Shown here: piece by piece, positions 53,741-64,000 of the stretch | Layout: every line of letters starts with the position of its first letter | Position numbering within the stretch: the first letter of the stretch is position 1 | Source of the DNA: Lama guanicoe | Lineage: Eukaryota | DNA length: 64,000 bases | Direction of reading: 5' to 3' | Assembly (NCBI GenBank): GCA_013239625.1 | Contig: MU056050.1 | Span: forward strand, 5,465,366-5,529,365 | Position numbers and translations under genes: made by a program | Notes under the pieces: model-generated | What the model was told of the DNA's origin: nothing | Database searches by the model: none | Seen by the model: only the letters and a program-made list of their open reading frames with translations

Positions 53741-56059
53741 CGAGTATCAGCTCTCTCAATGCAATCAAAGTTATGGCCTAGTTCTGAGTCACTTCCCAGG
53801 GTCAGAGGTCTTCCTGGGCTGGCCCCACTGATTGCGCAGTTCTTCACAATGACAGGAGAGCAAGAACGAGGAAACCTGTCACTTTGACACACTCCTTCCT
53901 CGCTTCAGTTATGTCCAGCACTGACACTGCCCTGCTGATGAAAGGCTATCTGGTGCTTTTCTCTCTAGCTTGGTGTCATTCAGTGCACCCTGGCTCCAAC
54001 CGAGTCACTGTTGGCATGATATTTCATCTTGTTAGTTGCTGCTCATTTCTCTCTAAATAGTTCCACTGGGTACGTAGAAGACCTCAACTAGCTATTTTTT
54101 CTGTACTCCTATTCTTTGAGTGTTCCAACTCCTGAGTCATAAACAGTAAGTGAATAATATACACGTATATATGGGATATGGAAAGAGAGTAGGCTACCCT
54201 CCACATTCCCCCTGCCTTCTTCTTCAACAATCATATCCCTGACAACTACCTTTTTTTTTTTCCAGAAAGGGTAGAGTTATCTGGGTGACTAAATTACCAG
54301 CTTGGTTGGCTTCTATTCTCCCTCCTCTTACGGCTCTTCCCTCCCTCTTTTCTACTGAACAGCTATTGAACTCTGAAAGGATTCAGCTACTGGCATTTTA
54401 TAACTGCTATCCCTCCTAGAATTTTCAAAGATCCTTCTTGCCTGAGATTATCTTGAAGGGGCCTGAACTCATCTATTTCTTCAGAACACTTAGCACATTT
54501 TCAACATAAGAAAACTGATGGGGTTTAACACACGTTTTCTTCACAGAATATGTGAGAAAGTCACTCCCCCTAGCATATTTGTCCCTTTGTATTTTTTCCT
54601 TCTCCTTCCCTTAGCCCATCTGTCCTGCCAGGGAATGTAAACACTTAAAAGGCAGTGGGAGGTCCCCTATATAAAGAAATCAGAATTTTTTTGTTTTAGT
54701 AAACTAGAACATCCTTTCAATATTATGAATGATTGATACAAGTTTCTCTGTTTCATCAGTTGGATTTTATCCTATTGGTTAGAAATTTCCACCTACATTT
54801 TTCCCATATGTTGGTCTCTTACTTGCTTTTCTTGTTTTCAGTTAGAGGAAACAAAGTATGCAGCATCAATGTTCCATGTTTCAAAATTTCTCTGCACTGA
54901 TTGAATTGCTCATAGGAAATCCATAAAAGATTAGCAACACAAGTAATAAACAAAGATATTAATGATACCAAGAAAACGAAGGGCCCATGAATTCAAAGGG
55001 TGTGCATGTGAGCACATAAAATCTAATCAAACTTGAACTATCTGGACATAATGAATTATATATGTATTATAGTTGAAATAATCCAAAACCAGAAAACTAT
55101 GTACCTGCTTTGGATTCTAACTTAATATTCAATACTGTTTACTGGAAGAGAAAGATAATCATTAACAGACTGATGTGTCTTCAACAGGTCAATGACCACT
55201 TAAAGAAGCCAGCTTGCTTACAGGATGAAGACAATGTTTTAGAAAGCTGAAGATTTCATTTTTAACAGTGTCTAAAAACAACAAACACTGATTCCTACAG
55301 TATGCCCAGACTAACTTGGATAAAACCTGAGACTCTAATAATCTCTAGAGTGTCAGCAAATCTTCTAGTCCTATACTATGATATGTTCAAAAAGGGTTAT
55401 CTGGTATTTTTACTATCATTACTATTGCAATTATTATTTGTGGTAATAATTCTTTTTTGGTAGCTCCTGGATGAAGTTTAGAACATGAAAGGACAATTTA
55501 CAAAAGCCTTTCACAATCATTGCCTCATACAAAAACCCTATAACCTAACTCAACAAGAACTCTCAACACACTTTGAGTCTTGGATCTACTTTTTGCTTCC
55601 TGGGTGACCAGTAACTCCAATCAGGACATTTCACACATAATTCTGCCATCAGCTTATATGATAAACTTGGCCCCAGGCACAGGTATTTTTGAAAAGCACC
55701 TCAGGTGATTTTTTAATGTGCAGCCCTTATATATGTCTGCTCCACCAATCTTCATATGTTATTTTATCTCTAACCAGTTTATGTTCTAATGTGGCTGTTA
55801 GAGATCCAGACATTGCACCCACATTCAGAGGGAGGATTTTGTTTTTAAATCAGGGGGAGAGGTACTTTGCCTACCTATTTGACCCTTGTTTCAGGAACCT
55901 TCCCAGAAATTTCTCCCAATAAATTGTATATCCTTATCACTTTTTAGAACTTTATCATATGGCTACAAAAAGTATCTGAATAGATCAGGCGACTGCATTA
56001 CAGAGATCCAAAATGAATAGCAAACACCAATAGAACTGTAATCTCATAAACTGCCTAAG

Positions 56060-56365
56060 GCAATTTTGCTCATTTGTGGGTCGCTCTCTTCCACATGGAG
56101 AATCCAGGCTCCTTCCATCTTGTACTGCTGTCATTCCCTAAAGCCTCATCGGCAATATTGCATCTGGCATGTGGAAAGGGATAAAAAATGTGGGTGGAGA
56201 GATCTTATTAAAAGCCTCAGCCGAGAACTGGCAGGCATCCTTTCTACTCACGTTCCCTCGCTTAGAACTCAGTCAATATGATCAACACTAATGGAACAGG
56301 AGGCTGGAACATGGAGTCCAGCTGTGTGCCCGAGGAGAAAGGGAAGTGGATTTTTGATGAATCAT
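56060..56365 (-). mobile_element. Old MaLR LTR (MLT1K/L-like)
   Basis: ccaggctccttccatcttgt..ttctactcacgttccc..agaactcagtca..ggaggctggaacatggagtccagctgtgtgccc. Confidence 0.7.
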
Positions 56366-58894
56366 CTCTTACACTCTAGGAATTAGAATCTTATAGCTGA
56401 ATATACGATGATACCTAATAATTTAAGAGTTTTGTTGGTAAAGAAGATGGGAAGAATGGATGTAGGATAGGTCTCTGCTACCTTGCTTTCTTTTTTATTT
56501 CCAGGATACAGTATAGAATTGCTAGCTCATCTTACAATTGTAAGAAAAGATACGAAGCAGAAGTGAGATGACCTGGATTCTCATCAAGGGTTTATATTAA
56601 TACTGAAATGTCTGATCAGGAAAATGTCACTTTAACATTGTTTTTAATTTCCTTATCTGTAAACTAGGAGTAGTTGCCCCTACTTGACCTATATCTGAGA
56701 AGTGTTGTGATAATCCAATGAGAATATGGGTGTTAAAATATCTAAAAAAGACAAAGCAAGCATATGACCATCAGAGACGATGCTTTCCTCTTTAGGCTAT
56801 TAATATAAGTGGAAAGTATCCCAGAGTCTAGAAGGCAAGATAGAAATCAGGGAGGGAGAATACAGTGAAGATCTATGAAGACTGACTCAAGCTTCAAACC
56901 AGAAAAAGAGCCAACAAGGTAGCTTGTCACTGCGGAACTGTAATTCAAAATAAAGGAACCAAACTGCCACTTGGTTTCACAACAGCATGTTGGTTTGTGA
57001 CATTAACGGTTGTCTCTGTAGCATAAAATGGACGGTCCTCAACACAGGTAAAAGACTGGAAATGCAGAGTGGCAACTAAGGTGACAAGACAAAGTTATTC
57101 CAAAAGGCTAGAAGGCAACATATGACTTAGCCTCAGGTCACAGCTGAAAAGGGCAGAGATGTCATATTTGGGCAAGGTAAGTGAGAGAACCACGGTGGTG
57201 CTCCTTCCCTCCTACAAAGTGCAGTTGCACTTCTGGAGCGAAAAGGTGTTGTTCCTTTCTTGGACTGATAACCTCATTCGAGCATCCCACGGAGAGCAAT
57301 TTACACCTCTTTTGGGGGAGGTAAGAGGCAGTATCTGTACAGGAGTGAAAGGAATGACAGCCAGAGGAGGGGAAGAGATGAGGACGGTAACTTGAAAAGT
57401 CAACCCGTTCCTCTCAGAGTCAATCGTCCGGTTACAGAGTTATGATGGTGTTAGCCGCCCAGGATACAGACAGGTGTATACTGAGGAGCTCGAGGGAGAT
57501 CCGGCATAAGGCGGCAGAGCTGAGGGAGCTGTGGAAAGGGTTATAGTGAGCGCTCATCCCTTGATGCACCATATTCACCACTCACTTTCCCAAACCAAAA
57601 TCTACTTGTATAAAAGGGTTAGATTTTCTTCTTGGTCTCTGCAGACAAAATATATCTTCTCAGGAGCATAGAAAGATCCACTAATACATAACCCATATTT
57701 CATACTTCCTTTCCATCCCCACTCCCAAATGCAGAGAAGTCTAGCTCAATGCTACGTAAAGGACAGGTACTTACTGAAAGCCTACTTAATTCTACAACAC
57801 ACCACGTTCTTCTAGGGGTCACTGGCCTCATGACAATCAGGCTCCAACTGATTACTTCCCCCAAACTCATAATCTACTTGGCATCTGGCTGTGCAGATTC
57901 CAGTGACCACCACAACATCTACTACATCAGAATTGTAGGATGGGTAAAGGACTTGATTTCTACATTTTAAACCCCTTTGGTAGTCCTGATGTACCCCAAA
58001 GTGCATAAAACAGGGGTTGTTAATCTGGGTTGCAGAGCAGAACCGTCTGGAAAGCACTTAACATCCTTATCTTAGGCATTCTGATTCAGTAGATCTGAAA
58101 TGAAATTGAGGGACTGTGTTTTGTAACTCTGTTACCACTGGTTAAGAACCTTCTCAACACCCTTACTGTCATTCTCCCACTACGCTTCCTTCAGCTAGAA
58201 TCCAAAATCTTCCCTTCATAATTTTATCACTAATCAGGCCCCACAAGGCCTCAGGCTCCCCAGGCACCATCGCTACATCCACAACCCCAGGGAAAAAGAA
58301 TCAGGCTCAGCGATGCATAATTTGATGATCTACATTATTTAAAATTTACAACAGTTTTGATCATCTCACAAGGAAGTGGGAGGAGGGGTTTAAGCAGGGT
58401 TCCTTGTAATACATTTGTTGATCAGACTATAGCCCAGGCATATTCATTCCGACAGTTTGTTTGAAGTTTATGCATCCCTGATGCAAATATGTAATTCGTG
58501 CCACTGGTGATGGGAATTGCAGCCTTTCAAAGAGGGGCCTTGTAATGATGGCTCGGGAGAGTATATTGACAACACAAATGTTAGCACAATTATGTACAGT
58601 CTCCATCTGCTCCCTAGCCTGATGTGTTTAGGTATGCTATTTATATCACAAGTGCATCTGCAGTCACATATTTGGGGAGGCTGCTGTAGAAGAAGTTTCT
58701 ATCAGGTCTCTTTAACTGGGAACATGGCAAGTTTGGCCTTTATTCGATAGTAGAGCACTGTAATCAAAGTTCTGTTTTCCTGTCATTGTTTCGAATGCTG
58801 ATCATGGGCAAAACCAGGACGCAAAAGTTCACCACGTGCAATCAGGATGGGATGTTGACTTTTCTGCCCCACCCTGCTCTACTGAAATTAATAA

Positions 58895-59125
58895 TAGATA
58901 GCACTGACCACCTACCATGTGCCAAGCATTTTTGAAATGTTTTTCTGAACACTTCCATTTTCATTTCACTCTCACAATATTGTAACGTAGGTATAATAGT
59001 ACCATTATCTTAACCATCCACATTTTACAGGCGAGGAAACTGAAGCACAGAGTTTAATTTTCTCTTAATCATTGACACACTAGACTTCAACTCCAGCCAT
59101 CTAGATTCACAGACAGTGCTATTAC
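58895..59125 (-). mobile_element. MIR
   Basis: cacctaccatgtgccaagca..cattttacaggcgaggaaactgaagcacagag. Confidence 0.8.
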
Positions 59126-59164
59126 TTCCACGGTATACTTCATCCTAAGGAAACCTGCTATAGT

Positions 59165-59305
59165 GAAAACAGAATGTGCTTTCAAATCAGGCTGGAACAT
59201 ACTTCCATCACTTACAAAATGGAAGATATTGGGCAAGTTACCTAACCTCTTGGAGTCTCAATTATTTCATCTGCAAAATGAGGATAAGAAGATTATAGTA
59301 GAGTT
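59165..59305 (+). mobile_element. MIR
   Basis: ttgggcaagttacctaacctcttggagtctcaatt..catctgcaaaatgaggataa. Confidence 0.75.
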
Positions 59306-61460
59306 ACATTGTGTCTGTACATTTAACTTAGAAGCTAACTTTAATAACCTAGCATCTCGATCACCCCGAGGTACAACTGTCCTATCTTCTGTAATCCTCA
59401 TACCACACAAATTTGACAACACATACTAAAGTTATGGAAACCTACCATAAAAATAGTGTAAAGTAAAAGGTGGAGACCATCAGCTACACTTTAAATTCTC
59501 TACTCATCCTCCATCCTTTTCTAAGGATCGGCTAACTATTTCTAAGGTAGTATGATTTGCATGTTTTTAGCACCAGCATGTAATGTTTCCTTTTGTTTTT
59601 GTTCTTTCACTTAGTTTAGGTCAGGGACTCTCAAATTAAGTGTGCATAAGAATTACCATCCAGTGGTACGTATACAAAACAATGAATACTTTTCTTTATG
59701 AGTAATTTAAGGGATTTTGATGGATGATTTTAAAAATCTTCCTATATTTGTGCAAAGTACAAATACTCAAGTACCCAATATCTCTCTCCCTATTTCAGAG
59801 ATGTTTTGAAGACTAACTGATATAATAACACGTATGAGTAAATAACATAGTGCCTGACATATAGTAGACATTAAAAATGTCTAAAATATCTATGTGAGTA
59901 TGACTAGAGTGCAGAATAAATTCATCATAGCATCATCGTTTAATTGTTCAAAATGAGAGGTCTAGGGAAAGATTCCCTGGGTTTACTTTATCTCCCTCTC
60001 ACTAGCTATCTTCTGCATAAAAATTAATAATAATAACAGTCTTATATGATTGAAAGGATGAAGCGACCTTGTATTTGGAAATATTTAGACTAGGACCTGG
60101 CACAGCATAAATGCTAATTACTATCACTATTTATTCAAGAAGGGAATTTCTCCACTAGCTATTGAAGAAAGTTATGGCAAGAGATTGTGGGAAGAAAAGA
60201 GAGAGAAGTCATTATCAGATGATAGTAGGCACAGAGGACAGACTAATTAAGGTGGGAATAGCCTGAGTGGCTAGAGTCAGGGGTACCACTGAGTGTAAAG
60301 AGAGGAATTCATTTGCTACATCCAGGTCCTTTAGAGACAAGTCCCTCTGTACGTGTCAGAATTGTGTGTAGCTCAGAGCAGACCAATTTGTAGCAGCTTG
60401 CTAGGTACTCAAGATTTCCGGTTTCAATTAGCTTAGTGATATTGCATCTTGCAGTCAATAGCTATAATAGCACCTGTTTTCTTTCTAACTAGGATATAAA
60501 AACATCATTTTCTATCTTGCATGTTTATTGGAACCTCTCTGGTGTGCGACAAATAACTGCCATAAAGCCTGTGAGGTTGAAGACTGCCTTCCTTTCTCTT
60601 ATGCACCCTTAAACGGGAAAAAAAGAGATGTTCCAAGTTTAGCTTTAGATATAATATGCAATATAGCAATTTAATAGTCTGAATTTAAATAACTGAATGT
60701 ATTTACAAGAGCTATTTTTTGCTGCTGGAATAATCTTTGTGAAGTTCAAAATATGAAGTACTAACACTAAACACAGTTAGTGTGTTAGGTCTCTCCTTCC
60801 TAAGAACCATTGTGGGCACAAAAATTCAGGTCATTTCTGTGATGACAAAAGGAGCAAAGCACAACGTCTTCGCATTTTGCTATGGAAAGTATGAAAGTCA
60901 GACCACATACAAATAAAGAGGAAAACAGCAGCTGTTGGAGCGACTGATTGCAAAGTGTAGTATCACTAAACAATTTGCGCCCAGAGTGTTAATTGCATGG
61001 CCAGCTTTTACACTGGAAGTATAAATTATCTATCAGAGCCCTACCCTCAAAGAATTCACAGTATACTTGATGAGATATAATATTTAAGACAAGGATCACA
61101 ATGCAGGATAGCATATATTCAAGTACCAGGTGGTGTGGCAGGGATGTACAGGGGCCATAGAAATTCAGAAAAGTGAAAGATCATTTAGAGTTGAGAGATT
61201 TCAGGAAAGACACATGGCAGACGACACTGAAGTATTTTGTGTGATAATTTATTAACTGTATAGTTTAACAAGAAAATTCTTGGTGATTTTTATCCCCACT
61301 GAAGAAAGAGAAGAGAGTCTTCAAGATCTAAGGTCTCTCTAATTCTAGAGAAGGAAAAGATTCAATTTTGTGTTTTAGAGCAAGTGAGGAGAAGTTGACA
61401 TCCTGAAGATAAGCTCATTTGGGTGAGGAAGCCCCACAGAGGGAATGACAAGTTATTGAC

Positions 61461-61854
61461 TATTATGGACTGAAATGTGTCCCCTACCCACCAAAACTCA
61501 TATGCTGAATTCCCAATGGCCAGTATCTCAGAGTATCACTGAACTTGGAGACAAGGTCTTGAAAATGGTGATTAAGTTAAAATGAAGTCTTTAGGATGCA
61601 CCCTAATCCAATATGACTGGTGGACTTATAAGAAGAGGAGATTACGACACAGACATGTACAAAAGGAAGATTACGTGAGGATGCTGGGAGAAGACCGTCA
61701 TCTATAAGCCAAGTAGAGAGGCCTCAGAAGAAACAACCCTACTGACATGTTGACTGCAGAGTTCTAACCTCCAGAAGTGTGGGAAAATAAATTTCTGTTG
61801 TTAAAGCCAACCAGTCTGTGGTACTTTGTTAAGGCAACCCAAGCAAGTAATACA
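61461..61854 (+). mobile_element. MLT1B-like MaLR solo LTR
   Basis: tattatggactgaaatgtgtcccc..ccctaatccaatatgactgg..aataaatttctgttgttaaagcca..ccagtctgtggtactttgtt..taataca; about full LTR length. Confidence 0.9.
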
Positions 61855-61904
61855 GTGATTAAAAACACTGTTACAGAGCTCACAACTCCTGCTACGGACT
61901 TCTT

Positions 61905-62260
61905 TTGTGCCAGGTGGGCTCACTCATACGTCTGCAGTTGCTCACCAGCGGAAGCTGGATGACTTAGGATGACCGCACTCACTCATCTAGATGTAGGTCT
62001 ACGGCCTTTTGCCTATGATACCTACTTCTCCTCCATGTGGCCTCTTCATTCTTCAGAAGGCTGACCTGGGCTTCTTTACATGGTGAAGTGCTTGGTGCCA
62101 AGAGCCACAAGAAAGAACCAGCTCCAAAGTTTTAAGTACTTTTCAGGCCTTGTGCTAGGGTCACAATTGCAAATATCACATTAGCTGATGGAGCGCACAT
62201 AATCAAGCCAGATCTGAAGTGGCAGAGGAAATGACTCAACCGCCTGATGCAAATAACATC
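61905..62260 (-). mobile_element. Old MaLR LTR (MLT1J/K-like)
   Basis: gggctcactcat..ttctcctccatgtggcctct..gggcttctttacatgg..tgcaaatatcacattagc. Confidence 0.65.
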
Positions 62261-62462
62261 AGAGTTACTGTGCTAGGGGACACATGCAGGAGGATGAAAA
62301 GAATGTGTGGCCAATTCGGGGATTTAGCACAAAGAGAACAGTCATTTGCTGTTTCAAAGGTTTAAGGGAAACAGGCTCATGTCCTTCTGCACCTAGATCA
62401 CCAGAGACTGGTACAACGACTGAACTGGAAGTAGAGGAGATTACGAGGGAAGTGGAGAGGGG

Positions 62463-62528
62463 GAGAGAGAGAGAGAGAGAGAGAGAGAGTGTGTGTGTGT
62501 GTGTATGTGTGTGTGTGTGTGTGTGTGT
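62463..62528. repeat. Compound microsatellite (GA)n(GT)n
   Basis: Directly visible. Confidence 0.95.
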
Positions 62529-63039
62529 AGGGAAGAGAAAACAGCTGTAGGAAAAGAGCACCCAACAACGTGAGCAGAAGAGATGGTGCTAGCATATCAC
62601 CTTAAACACAGGACCAAGAGGTTTACATTTGATCGAGTTTTGTTGCCCATTTGGCTTACAAGAGAAGTAAAATAAAGTATTATTTAGGGAAGATGGAAAA
62701 AAGTCAAGAATCTGGGTATTCCTAGGAGTGTCATGAAATTTTCATTAAAAGATCAAAAATAAAATTTCTTTTAATTCTCGTTAATATAAAACAATAACAT
62801 CTGCTATTTGGCAGCCACAGGCCGGCGTGGGAGACACGGCATGAATTTAGATGCACGATAATAGAGCTTTGCTGGATCAGAATTCTTACCCAGCAGCAGT
62901 GCATTCAGACTTGGATGTAATCATTCCATGGGGGTCATTTATTCGGTGCCCACTATGTGCCTAGGTATGTGTTAGTTTTTCTGTCAATCATGCAGCATAA
63001 TTTAGTGGAAATCTGAGGGCTCAAAGACACAGAGGATTG

Positions 63040-63220
63040 ATGCCTGGTCTTCTCTCTCTTGCATACTAGCTATGACATATGGACACTCTTATTGATATTT
63101 TTATACTTCAGATTTCTCCTATGAAAATTGGAGAGATTATAACACTGTATCTCACAGGCTGTTGTGATTAATAAATAAAAAGATATACATAAAGCACTCA
63201 GCATGGGCACTACTGATAGT
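63040..63220 (+). mobile_element. MIR
   Basis: tactagctatgac..cttcagatttctcctatgaaaattgg..tctcacaggctgttgtga..cataaagcactcagca. Confidence 0.75.
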
Positions 63221-64000
63221 TGGTACTTCCTAGTGTTAAGCTATACACAGAATAGAACAGTATCTCTCCTCACTTTTCTCACTCTCCCTGCCTGGGCCCA
63301 GGCACACAGGAATCCTCATATTAGCAATCACTGCAGGAATTCAGACCAAGACAAGTGCTCAAATGGACAAGGACAACTCAGATTTTTTTTTTCATTTCCC
63401 ATGGAAGAAGGAGAGAGTTAAGAAAGAAGTTGCTTGGAAATATGTTTCTTCTCCCCCACAAAAAGGTTTTTGAGACCTCTTTTCAAAAACAATTCAGTCT
63501 GTGTCCTTGAGACAGTTAATGAGATATGCTAATTTGGGATAAATAGGTCTGCTATGAATTCTAGATAAGAAAACATCTGCTTGACTCACTTTCGTTGTTT
63601 TCTAAGGAGGAAGTCAAGGTCTGAAGACAATAAGATATAAGGTATAACACACTGCCAAGAAGAAAACAATTTAAAACAATAATTATTTCTCAAGGCAAGC
63701 TCTAGAAGAAATAATGATTGTATCATACATCAAGCAAAGAAAGATGACTCCTGAATTTCCAGTAATGAGACCCAGGAAATGCAGACAAAGGGGTTAAAAA
63801 TGCCCTAACAACAAACAGTTAATTAGAACTGGAAAAGATCATGTTTGCCTGAATCAAACCATTCTAACCGAAGGGAGGGTACCTGTTTGTAACCAAGGTA
63901 CATGGCCCAAATTTAATTTTCTCATCACTGGGAAATATTTCAAAGAACATGAAATAATTTTTGTTTTAGTTTTGTTTTCTCTTTCTCTCTCTATACACAC

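Noticed and set aside
62265..62595. ORFs with THTH/ERER/CVCV tracts (also 27176-27361)
   Set aside because: Translations of dinucleotide microsatellites.
1..64000. CRISPR array, operon or other prokaryotic/viral defence system
   Set aside because: No repeat-spacer array or gene-dense structure; recurring direct repeats are dispersed L1 3' ends and TSDs in mammalian DNA.

Overview
AT-rich mammalian genomic DNA, very probably camelid: it has two Vic-type tRNA-derived SINEs and several near-identical young L1 3' ends. I recognise no intact protein-coding gene, RNA gene, CRISPR array or prokaryotic system. The ORF-track entries that resemble known proteins are L1 or ERV fragments. The first ~19 kb is a nested L1 cluster: two long decayed L1s, several young 5'-truncated L1s (two with clear target-site duplications, TSDs) and SINEs. 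The rest is mostly unique sequence carrying a MER41-like solo LTR, an LTR-less ERV1 gag/RNaseH/integrase remnant, two twin-primed (5'-inverted) L1s, and MIR, L2, MER5, MER58 and MLT1 relics and microsatellites. The signals most worth checking are a cluster of three 3n-length candidate microexons (+, ~40.6-40.9 kb), two candidate minus-strand exons (~36.1-36.7 kb) and some unusual retrotransposition junctions. I found no convincing novel biological system. Repeat family names come from recalled consensus sequences and need RepeatMasker/Dfam confirmation.
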